Of a stretch of 64,000 nucleotides of DNA, positions 1 through 12,600 are shown one piece after another; the first letter of the stretch is position 1; each line of letters begins with the position of its first letter. Under the pieces are notes generated by a model. That model searched no databases and was not told the DNA's origin. It saw nothing but the letters and a program-made list of their open reading frames with translations. The position numbers and the translations under genes were made by a program. Origin of the DNA: Balanoglossus misakiensis (taxonomy: Eukaryota > Animalia > Hemichordata); contig CM082576.2 in NCBI GenBank assembly GCA_040954595.2, forward strand, positions 5,492,760 through 5,556,759. Reading direction: 5' to 3'.

Positions 1-578
1 TTGAAAATACTGTAGAGACCAGTTGTATCACTAGAAATTACATGTATGATTGATGTGGGGGTTTTTAATATTCTTTATAAACATTTTCCACAAAAAAACA
101 TTATGTTCATTAACATTAAAATGGAAGATAGGAATATAAAAACATTGACGGTAAAATGGATACAAAGTACTATAATTGGAGTTGATTATGTAATGTCAGC
201 CATCCTGATGAGAATGGTAATGACAGTTCAAAAAGCAATGGCCTAATTATGTTGTTGACTTAATAATTTACAAATGGTCATTGTATTACATTACGATTAC
301 ATGTAATGTATATTTTATGGAGCAGTTCTACTTGTTTAACAGGGAAGGCTGTGGGAACCACACTGCCAATGTTCAGAGAGCAACACAGTGTTACCTTTGA
401 CCCCCAAGATCCTCTACACTCCTCTTTTCTGATATGGAAGAATTTTGTTTGCTACACAGGTGGTCAATTCACCATTGCTTGGCTGTCTTTTATTCAATCT
501 CACTATTCCATGTCTATCTTTGGAAGAACATTGTAGTATCTTTAACACATTGAATGCCGACAACCAAACCACCATTAC

Positions 579-663
579 CTTATGGGTTCAATGTTATCCT
601 TACGGGACTGCCTCTGTTCATTGCTCATGTGTTCCCACTTGAAGTGTAAGCTCCAATCAAATC
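579..663 (-). CDS. GALNT exon 8
   Basis: [28 protein letters not shown]; 85 nt; phase 1 in. Confidence 0.93.
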
Positions 664-3600
664 CTGCAAATTGTCAAATCTCACATTAGATGTTTTTAAT
701 TACAAGCACACACAAATATAGTACATTGATGTTAGTTTTTTAATACATCCCAATGAAACTTTGCACTCAAAAAAACTTAAATAAAAAAGAACGACATTAA
801 TACCAGTGAATTTACCATAACCTACCGTTGCTGCATGGTGACTGTTTGTTACCAAAAATGAAGTATAAAATCACGATATTATTGTGATCATTCAAAATTT
901 AAGAGAGCGAACCGCAAACCTTATCAAATTTGGGGGTTAATCCATTTTAATGGTGGGGGGGGGGGGGGTAATGGTTAGTTGAGGTCTGAGATGTGTCGAG
1001 CAGGAGAATCACTGGGAAATGAAGGAAGCTACGATGAAGATATCTGAACTGGTTTAGAAAGAATGAAAAAAGAGATAGCAAGCAAGGCATCTTGGGTTTA
1101 ATCTTGTTAAGAGCCTTGGGTACATTTTGATCAACAGTCATGTCAGTAAGAAGGAGAATTCATAAAATTGAGATGAAAATGGAAGATAGGAAAGTAAAAA
1201 TCTGAAAAAAGAGGTAGAATGACCTATGACCTACAACTGCTGATCAATACGTAACCACCTTTCCCATATTTTATTTTATTTTTTTCAGGCATTATTTTTC
1301 GCTGGTTTTGAATTTTCCATGCAGAGAGAGTTTCCTTGATCGTTTACCTCCCCTGAACAAGGCATTGCCAAGTTGTGTAGCTCCTCGATATTCAAATGTG
1401 TCCAGGTCTATTACGTCAATAACCGGACTGATCAACCGAGTGGAGTCCTGAAGTAAATGAAAAATCAAGTACAATGTCCACATGGTGCAGAATACGTACG
1501 GTCTCCTAAATATGCACGTAATTTTATGATGGGATGTCTGGTGCTGTCATCTGTGATTGGTCCATACAATCCACGTAGTCAGGATTAATATTAAAAGCCA
1601 CACCATTTGCCTTGGATCCAAAAAATTCTATTTTGGGACTCGTTTATTGAGTACAAGTTTTACTAACAACCTATAACTGTTGTTAAGATCAAGATCAAAC
1701 TACGTGTACTTTTATGAAGACGTTTTTTTCTGTCAAAACGTAATTATACAATAGCAAGCTTTTTTGTAACATAAGATTGACTCATTTTAGCTATTCTTCT
1801 GTTAAGCTATATAACTTGTTTAAAGCAGGATATTATAATACATGTACCATTATACAAGTACATGCATATACAAAGGGATACTTGGTTTCAGTAAAAATAA
1901 AACAATTATTGTAAATATCCAGCTGACCAGTAAATAATCAACACAATTGAGCAGAGAAGAGAGACAGTAACCATGGTGATAGGAGTGACAGTGACAGGGA
2001 GGACATGTGATGTGATCAGTGACAGAAATCTTGGAGAAAACTTGTGTAAGACATGAAGGATGAGGTATCCCAAGATTCAAAGTGTCCTGCAATACTAAAA
2101 TTTCACACTGATGTATACAAGTTGATAATTGATGACTTGATATTAATATTTCTCATTTGTCAACACATGCAGCAGCAGGTGCTTTTCATTTTAATCAAAA
2201 AAATGAAATGAAAAAAAATTAAAAGCTGACGTGAATATTGCTATTAGTTTTTTCAATGTAACCATGGACAAGTTCAAACATAGGACGGCCAAAAATATTT
2301 GAATATTTGTTGTAGAAATCACTCAGGGAAACCCACTTTTAGATGAATGAGTAAAAACAGAATTTGAAATTTTTGGAACACAATTCCATTACAATATGGG
2401 TATGATGCAGATTGAACTTGCCTATGATACGCGATTAGTGATTGGTTAGTTACACTATACAGACATCACATGACAAAAAGAAAACAACCAACACAATTAC
2501 CCCACTTTAAATTAATATGTTAATATATTGATCTTCAAACCTTGCACCATTACAAATAACCACACCACTCACAGATACTACAGACACTGACATAATATGG
2601 GGCCTCATTACAGGTTGACTTCGTACGAACAGTAATTGACTTTGATACAATTAAATGAAGCTACAGAATTTCTGTTCCGCACGATACTGATTTCTTATTC
2701 AAACCAAACCAATGTTGAAACATTTCAACAACTATCAGATAATGAAACGTCAGCAGCAAGACAAGATATTTGCATATAATTTCTGCATCCAAATCCCCAA
2801 AATGAATAAACTTGATAAAATGTTTGAATTCAATTTCACCACCCTAAATTGGTCTCTTATTATGCATAGATAACCACTAATTTTGACACTAATGAATGGT
2901 AACAATGAGACATTGTGTACTTTGCAAATAAATTCACCTTCATTTCTACCACTGAGCCTCTGTCTGAATGTAAATTTAACCCACAGCTGCTGTTTGTGTT
3001 GTGTGAAATATTAGATTACAGGTTTCTGATAAAATTGATCATATTTCAACACTGGTTCACTTCACCTGTCAGAATTTAAAAACCGTATAGTATGTACCTC
3101 CGCGGAGGTCGGCTGACGCTCCAACATATTTGAAGGTATCCATGTTGATAACGTCAATGACAGGACACACGACTCTCGTATGATCCTAAGAAAATATCAT
3201 CACATCCAGGAGAAAGAAATATTTTTGCAAAAATTAATAACACAAAGGCTGTTAGGTGCAATCTGTTAGAAAGCTGTCGTGAATGTTACATGATCTTTAT
3301 AGAAACGGCACAGAAGTTGATCGGCATTTGTCTTAGAATTAGTCATGCATTCCAACAGCAACCATTTTTTTCTGAAAGGCATAATAATGTTAATACATGA
3401 TATGCATTGAAGTTTGCTACAAAGCTGGATTGCATTCAGTGGTGAATAACGTTGAAAATGCTGCACAAAAACAAACAGGTGATCCCCTCCCTCCTTCAGA
3501 AAATGTATTGTGGAAAAACACTCTGAACAGCGCCCTCATGGGACACATTAGCTATTAACACACAAACTGCAGGTTTGACCAGGGAGCGTACCATCCTGAC

Positions 3601-6600
3601 ACCAAACTATCATCTGTGCATATTTTTCTTCCTTGCCATAGTTTCAGCAGTAAAACTTATGACTCCAGAAATGAGAAACATACTGTGATTTCACATCTGC
3701 AATGTATTCCCGACTGTTGGCCCTGACACTTCACTTCCAACACACTTTGAAAGGACACAAACACCATAAATGTACATTTGTTAACTATCAGGCAAAGATT
3801 TCCCCTGGAGTTCCCACGATTACATTCACAAGAACCACATTGCACAGATGGTCAGTTTATACAGAAAAAACTGCTACAGAACGCGAAGGGGCCACTTTAT
3901 ATCTCAATTTTTTTTGAGTGGCTAGGCAGACCACTCAAGCAGAAAACATGTCATCACTTTGCGTAAACTCTTCAACTACAAAAGTCGGAGGTCATAATAG
4001 TGAAAATACTTCACCACTGGTTTCCTAGTACACAGATGCCACAGTTAATTTGAAACTGCCACATCAACTAGCTATTGCATGTGACATTTTAACCAACACT
4101 TTCAAATTTATTGAGAGACATGTTGACACAAGTTCTCTCTCTTCAAAATAGACTTGTCTGGTTTTTGATACATCCAAGACAAACAGTTTTCTCCCAAGTT
4201 TGATCCTGTCACCAGTTTGCGTGATTTGATGATCTCCGCACAGACAGTAGCCCTTCAATGATGTTTCACTATGGATGCTGGTTGTAAAATGGTGGCTTCT
4301 GACTGAAATATGTTCCTCATCATCTCCTGACCGTAAAGTACTGGGTACAGCAATCATACCCTAGAGGTCGTCTAATTAAGGATTGAAAAGGTTTTTTTTT
4401 TTTTCCAGGTCTGATTGAGTGGTGATTCTGTTAAAAGCTTTTCATGGTCATTTATATTATTTTATAATCACAGAAATGACTCAATCAAGTTTCAAGGGTT
4501 TTCCAGGAGGACATTTCATTTTTCCAGGACTCTCTGAGAGGTTTTCGAATTCCGGCATTTTCCACAAATGTACGAACCCTTGCAATTGAAATTGAGGTAT
4601 TACAAACCCAAATTGAAGGCAGAATCTTCGGAAGTTATCCTAGTCAAAATGCCAGGAATCTTGTCAGGAGTCTCCGGGCTTTGCAAAGACATAAATATTA
4701 AAAGCAGAAGAATGAACCCACAGATCTGTGAAAAACATGTAACTGGTTCTGCCATTTGCTACTTAATTCTAAACCAGCTCATCAAAGTTGTAAAATAGAC
4801 CACAAAGGAGAAACCTCATTTCACATCAATGGTGGGCAGCTCGGTCCCCAATTTACATAACAAAAGGCAGGCAGAAAATCTTTCAGTAACAACGGCCATT
4901 TACGGTTCATAAAACAGAGTTTACAGTAAAGTTGAACAAATGTTTTGGGCTGTTGGTCATTTATGGTGAGGCTGTCACCCTTTTCCATGGATCAACTGCA
5001 AAAGGTTAATGGCATTTCCTTGTAAAGCTGCCGGCAGCTTTCCTTGATTGGAGGGACTGGACACCTAAATGGTGGAAACCACTTGTTTAATCATACGGGC
5101 TGGGCCATTCAAATGGGAAACAATCTGTTGGGTAAACACGCATTTGCATCCTTAAATCAAGTAAAGATTTGCTTTTCTTTCTCATCCGTGAGTTTTAAAG
5201 ACCAGGTTTTCAAAGCCTGTAGGTCTTGCATAAGAAGGTGGATATGTGCATGGATGCTGTACCAGCCTTCTGCTTCACTGAAAGTTTAATCTAATGAATC
5301 AATTTGCCCGCCTGGATAATCTGATAAATATAGTGAAACTTTTTAAATTGGTTGACTTCAGAGTACACAAATAATCAAATGGCAGACTGTCTGAGAATGG
5401 GTGACAGATAAAATTCAGGGCTTCATTTACAGCAATCACTCTTGCCCTCTTTCTTTTAATATTCTTCCGCGGAGCTAGCACAGTACGTGGATTTGGATAC
5501 AGCACACGTCGCTGGGGCCTGGAGTGTCACTGACAATTTATTCATTGAGGGGCATTTGTGTCACAGGCGAGGTATTGCATGTCAGTGAGGCTAGCCAACA
5601 CAAGGGCACCATTTCCCTGGAGTTCGATACTATTCCGGGGTTATCACTACAGGGCAGTCTGCCACTTGAATGTCTTCAGAAATATCAGCACATGAGTGAC
5701 ACTTAACATTGGTACATCTGACTGGATACAGTTTCAGGTGATTGTGTCATTTTGCATAGGGAAAAGTGGCAGCTAGCAATGTGGAAGATTGGCATCCATC
5801 ATTGTTTCCTGAATTGTCACTCATCATCTAAACCCTCACTCATTATACCAGAGTCGTGTACTAAACACAGAACTTCCACAAAAAAACCTGACCTTTTGAC
5901 CCAGGTACCCATCAATCTTAAACACATGGACAACTCCAGCTGAGGGTTTTCCCACAAGCAGCCGCGAACTTGACCTCAATGACTCACCTCTTTGATCCTC
6001 TGCAGAAGTGGCAACAGCCAGCCTTTGTTGGCTTCTATGTGACTATCAAGAAATGTTAAAACATCGGCAGTTGCTGATGCAGCACCTCGTACACGAGATC
6101 GTATAAGACCTACGGGGCAAATGTAGAAATAAATATTAGATTAAGCACTGACACAAAATGAAAATAAATTCTTTCTTTCAGTTAGAGAACGTGTCCATGA
6201 AGAGTGACAAACAATTAATTGGTTGCTAGGAAACTGTTGATAAAAACGTGACTAGTTCTTTAAAGGTGTTGAATCGATTTCTAAGGGACATGCTCAACTT
6301 TCAAAAGAGTCTCGCACAAGTCCCTCACAAGAATGTACCAGAATCAAAATCCCAACTGTATGTAAATAGAAGTTTCTAAATGTCTTTGACTGACGCGAGA
6401 TATAAATCTAGTCATTGTGAGCAGCTGTCTGCATCCACTGCCAGACCCCTCACTGGAATTGCGGGCAGCAAACATATCTTTCCAACCAACATCCGCACAT
6501 TGCATAGAGTTTTTTTACACAGTACACATCGTGCAGACTGCTTGGGAAAAGGTCTCAACTTCCCTGCCTTCGCGTATAGTAAACGGACGTGACTCAATCT

Positions 6601-9600
6601 GCAGCAAGTACACAGAGCTTAGCTCTTAGAATTCTGTGATTCTGTGAGGACATGACTCATAAACTGATGACCAAACATACCAACCTTCTCGTTTTGAATT
6701 TCTTAAAACTTTCACTTTTGGCAATTGCGTCAATAAAAGCCCATCTTCAGCTGTGAAACAAATACAAAAAGGAATGATTTTGTTGAGATACCATATAAAC
6801 ATCAATGAAATTCCATGAAGATCCCTTGAAAACAGGTACACTCGTCCTATTCTTGTGCATTTGTTGTGACAATTCAAGTGTAAGACATCTGTACTCAATA
6901 CAAAATAAAATCAAGTCCCTGTATGTTTGATTTACCAAACGCAAGCAGAACCACATTCACTTGTTCCTGATAACCTCTGTGTCCCATACTCTTAAATCAT
7001 CACAGGCATCTGATAACGTCAAAGACATATATGTTTGACCACTTTGTAATGTTGTACACATTCATATGGGATCGAGTGCCGCAGATAGCCTGCAGCATGT
7101 AATGTGTGTAGTTCCAGTACTTTCCCTGCTGGTAATTCAAATAAATAATTCTCAACAAACCAGGACGAATTCTCTGGGAACTTTCGCAAATCACTTTTCC
7201 ACCCCCTTCTATTCCGTGACAATGGCCACAGAACCAGTATCATCTTTGTTCCAAACATTTTGTATTCAAAATTAAAATTGGATTACCTCCATGGTATGAT
7301 TATGACGAAAATAAACCTGATTTTCACATTTTGGCACATTTTATGTGCATGCGAGAATAAGACAAATTTTCTTAAATGGCTTAAAACCAACACGGTCTCT
7401 AGTGCCACATCTGAACAGACCGTACGGAATTTAATATTTTCTGTTGCAGATGTGTTCTGTAAGTTAGCATTGACTTGATGTTTAAGTTTCACCCCCATGG
7501 ATTGTTAACTTCAACTTGCCACCTTCGGGGGGCTGAGATGAAGAGATCAAGTGTGCGTGTGTATGTGTATACTCACGGTCATCACTGAAATCATCCACCA
7601 AGATAATTTCTCTGATCAACTGAGGAGGGCTTCTGTTTAAGACACTGTTGGAAGCAAAATAGAAAGCCAATTAGGGCAAATAGAAATTCATGCCATAAGC
7701 TATTAAGAAAGTTACTTCGTGACTGATCGAGTTTCAGAGCAATTCTGCAGAAATTGGGAAAAGGTGGTGGTAATTCCAAAAGGTCAGGCAGCTACGAAAC
7801 TCAAGTGATTCGATAAACGCTGGCAAGACAGGAACTTCAAAGACAGATATCTGACATGTGACCTCAATTTGTGCCTTGCCAATTCGCTGGAAAACAACTT
7901 TGGCCTCTCGGAATCATTGAAAACTCTCCAGTGTCTCAGTGCCGAGGAATGCGGCTAAATGGACATCCAACCTTCAGTTTCAATTAGACGGATAAACACA
8001 GTCAATCAAGGCAATTTCTTCCAGAGCAAACCCTTGAAATTCCACTTCATTCCTTCGGCAAGAATAGACCCGAAATTGCCACATTCCTCAGGAATTTTAT
8101 CTTTTCGTGTGAAACTTTTTCTCAATTCAACTGATGCAAATGAAATACTAACAAGGCTTTGTTAACGAAGAAAATGTTTAGGTTTATTAATTAATTATGG
8201 TAATATAGGTATTCCTGAGACCTATTGATTCAACTTGCGTCCCTTGGACACTGCAGTAGTCAGCTATTTGGATCATATTTTATTCCAGAGGGCAAGAAGG
8301 TCTTGTCCCTGGGTCTCTATGGCAAGAAATGAAGGCCACACCTCGAAAACACACGCAGTTATATACTGAGTCAGTATATACAGGGCAACATGGATGTATA
8401 ATACTTGAAACTAAATGTGTGTTTGTGTCTGAGCTGACCCCCGCTGCTTGTTTGTGTTCCATATATCACTTTTCATTGAGACATAACACAAACAGCTACA
8501 CAAAGTCAAACTCAAACAGATATTTTATAAATATTTGGTCCGTGTGGGAGACAGAATCATATGAATGCTATGCATGCAATGTGGGCTGGTCTGATGGGAC
8601 ATGATTTATATGTAAAAGCAATATGAAAGAGTATAATCACTTGATAAATGCATAAAATTTTCACTCTAGAACGATACATTTTTTGACATATTTATGATAA
8701 ACTCTTGGCATCAGCTGATCTAGAGTAGAGTAGAGTAGTGGATGGGCTATTCCATGTCAGTTAGTAGGGGTGTCTACTTACCTTATAACACTTCTGAGCA
8801 GTGTAGACCTTGCCTCATTATGAAAGGTAATAATAACTGAAGTTTGTGGAAGACTTGCGAAATCATATGCCATGTTTGCACATCTGTAGAAAAAGAAAGC
8901 AAAGAGAAATTTAAAGTAATGTCAGATTCTCAAATTCAGTTTTTGATGCCAATTCAGTTTTGTCTGATTGGTCAGCATATGCCCAGGAATCCTGTTTTCT
9001 GGTCCCAGTAGATGGGCGATAGGAAGAATAAATTAGTCAAGATTTTATTAATAAGTTTTTGGGAAATGAAAAAAAAGCCTAGACTGATCCTATAAAATGA
9101 ATAATGCTAAGGCTGCATTCACAAACACCTCTGGAGGGGGGGGCGGGAGAATTCAATTTTTTTTACCGTTTATTTTCACATGCCCCCCTCAACAACCTGA
9201 AATATTTTCAAATCCCCCCCTTCCGAACTGCTAAAATTTTCAAATCCCCCCCCCCCCCATTTTCTTTCACTCAGCAAAACACATCACCTATCTATCTTGT
9301 AAAAAAGAAAAACAGCGCTCCCATGAAAAGAATTTGAAACTGATGTTTCCCCTCATCAGTGGGTATTAAAACTGAACATTGTTTTTATTTTTTAAGTATC
9401 TGTATTCTGTGTTGGGAGACATTGTAAACCAAGAATTGAAGGGGGTGGGTTTGGGAGGGGGTGTCCCCCTCCCACGTAAGAAAATTTTATAAAATACAGA
9501 GCTCAAAGCTGCATTTTAATGAACCTGGCAAAAGCACATTAACTCAACTACCGGTATGTTGGGGAGGACAAATTTAACCGCCGCCGCTCAAAGTTATCAT

Positions 9601-12600
9601 GGGGTGGGGGCAAGTCCCCTGACCTGGGACACTAGATAAACCAGTCAATGTTTGAAAGGTGTTGATAAATGGAGGGGGTGGGTGTGGGAGGGGGTGTCCC
9701 CCTCCCACATTAGAAAATTTTGTAAAATAAGGGGCGCGAAACTGCATTTTTGTGGACTCAAAATAAATATTTAGTCGTCAAAGTTTTCAAGTCCCCCCCT
9801 TTCAGTCCCTAAATTATTTCAAATCCCCCCCTTACATACCCTCAATTTTTTCAAATCCCCCCCCTCAATTCTCCCGCCCCCCCCTCCAGAGGTGTTTGTG
9901 AATGCAGCCTAAAAACTTAGAGATTACAACATCAATCAAAGCAAAGACAAAAATAAATAAGTCCGAGAGAACTTCTCCTATCCCCAACTTAGGTATACTG
10001 TAGGCAGTTCAAATATCAAACAGTCATTTGCTAATATTTCCACTATACACTGACTCCTACGGATACTAATCTCTCAGCAAATAGAATATTTGATCACACA
10101 TGCAAAACTTGGAAAACTTCACATGTATATTTTAATAAATACACGAGTATTATAAGTTTATAACTTGTTGACTGTAGGCATGTTCTCAATAATCCAGCCA
10201 TTTTCTTTGTAAAATTTAACAGATATTTCACAGCACATACACTAAAAAGCCAGCACACTCAGAAGGATATACATAAAACATAAATTGTCATGATTTAAGT
10301 ATCATGATTATTTATAGAGTCTTTAATACACATTAATAGACCTGAAATGAGATTCTGCAGCAGGCCCACTTGTTTACATGCGGAACAAAATGGCTCATTT
10401 CAAGCACCCATCAAAAGAAATTACATACTACAGTACACCCGAATAGAAATGTTTTTGCAAAGTGTTGGGGCTTACAGCGCTGCAATCCTCAAGTGTATTC
10501 CTAATTTGCATCATCATGTTGGTCTGTATCGCCACAAATTTAAATCTTTAGCTTGGCCACTTCATGTGTGGCCCTATTCAAAGTCTGTAAAGTCTAGGGA
10601 AGAAAGTTAAAAAGCAAAGCTTTGGTAGCATGGAAAGTTACCAGCCTGTCTCAAGTGTACATTGTACAGTGGCGTAAGTAAGTGTTTATAAGTAGACCAC
10701 CACCACAAAGAACTTTGTTTCAAGTTCAAATACACCCATAGCCACGGCATGCCATTGCCACTTTGCATCAAGACACAAATTACTTGATTCACTGCATCTA
10801 TGCCACATTCTACTTGGTGGCACCATGTATCCGCTGCTACTGGTCTATGCTTTTCTTTCCTTTCCCATTTTTTGTTTGGAGGAGGGGGGGGGGGGTGTCG
10901 CCTATGAGTTATTGAACTATTTGAAGTGACAACTAAACAACTCACTTGGTCTGAAAATAACAGTATAAACAAATTTGCAACAAATTAGGTGGCCGATTGA
11001 CCTTGTGAGATAAAAGACAAATAGGTATGTCCATGCCATCAAGTAGGTCATGCAAGAAACACTGCAGCAAAGATGACCTGTCATCAACAGAGACACACAA
11101 CTCAGCAGGCTGACAATAATGTTATGAAAGTCAATACTCTACCTATAATCCTCTCCAATCATATGGGTCACAGTTCAAGTTCAAATTCTAGGTTATTGTA
11201 AACTACCAGTAAATTCTTTTCAACTTTCAAGTGCCAGTAATACAACATGACAACTATAGAAACATGTCATCTTTCATTAATTTTCAGCTTTAAATGACGC
11301 AGAGTGCCCCAAAGCATCCACATTCATCTGTACGGCATGGAACGTACACCAACGCAGTGACTGTAATGTACCGACTGAGTAAGAATTATTTGACTCAGGC
11401 ACAGATGTTGGAAAATTGATTCAATTTCCCTGCAATTAAAAACAAAATCCGGTATATTTTTATGACTTGAAGGCTTATATATATCGTACCGATATATCAT
11501 TTTCTTTGTTATACCGGTAGTACGGTAAACTAAAAATACACCATATTAAATCAACATTCAGTTGCATTTTTAGATTCAGGGCAGATGTCCCTACAATGCA
11601 CATTCATATCGGTCTCCCGTCTCTTCCATGCTTTTACATCAATGGCCAGTTTAGATCAGCTTGGATGGTAAAAAGGAAAAGGCATACAGATAAGTCTTGT
11701 CTAAGCAGCTTTCGAAGACTTGAATGTAATTGGTAACATAACAAAACAAGCAACTCTTTCCTTTTCAATCACGCATGATTTCTCTTCCTCAGTTGGGTTT
11801 TACAATTGTGTAATGGATACAGGAAGAAACAGACTGCCCTCTGCGCACCTGGTCTGACGATACCAGACCACATGCTCCAACGCGCTGTGACAGCCAATCA
11901 GATCGAACTGAACAGATACAGATCAGTGGATTGCACATACAGTTAATCCGCACTCTCAGATCTGTAAATTTAGTTTAGGGACTGACTTCGGGTAAATTTG
12001 CAGAACAGCTTTGAGCAGGCCCTGGCCATTAGTATAGGGGGAGCTGAAACTTGAATTTGCCCTTTTTGTCAATAAAGGCACAAAGTCTTTGTGTGCGCAG
12101 CAGCTCTGTCCTTTTGAGAGCAGAACCAACACAGGCACAAGCTGTGCACAAAAACAATTGGATTTGAGACTAATTGGATAGCCACGGCCAATGCTGTGCA
12201 TTGCTGCAGACAAAAAAAGCCCACTTGATTGTCATCGGCTTTGGTGGCATTAGTACAACCATAGACAACCATGGTACAACTCTGGTCAACAATTGTCCAG
12301 GTATTTCAGCTACACGTGTACACGCAACAAGTGGTCCCTCAGTAAACGCTTCCCCTAGATGTCATGATCAGTGCCTTCATTAGTATTTTGCAGGGATGGC
12401 GCAAAGACCCCCCCCCCCCCGGCACACAGTTACAATACAGAAAAGCGACTCTGGTGTAAATCAAAAAGTTTAGTGGCCAGTGGCTAGACGTTCATTGTGG
12501 TGCACTGGCGTGGAAGTTTGTCGAAAACAAAAAACCCACAGAGCAGTGAGAAAGGTGTAACCATTGTAAAGAACTAAAAATAGAACATCAGTATTTTAAG

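Noticed and set aside
300-480. Possible second copy of GALNT exon 8, or exon 9
   Set aside because: No GFDW or TPxIAGGLF motif recognised in the minus-strand frames I read
4480-4582. TTTTCCAGG repeats ending in GTACGAACCCT
   Set aside because: Looks like one end of a decayed DNA transposon, but no partner TIR or target duplication was found
5440-5510. PNPRTVLAP as a possible third copy of GALNT exon 7
   Set aside because: No PVIDVI core and no suitable splice sites
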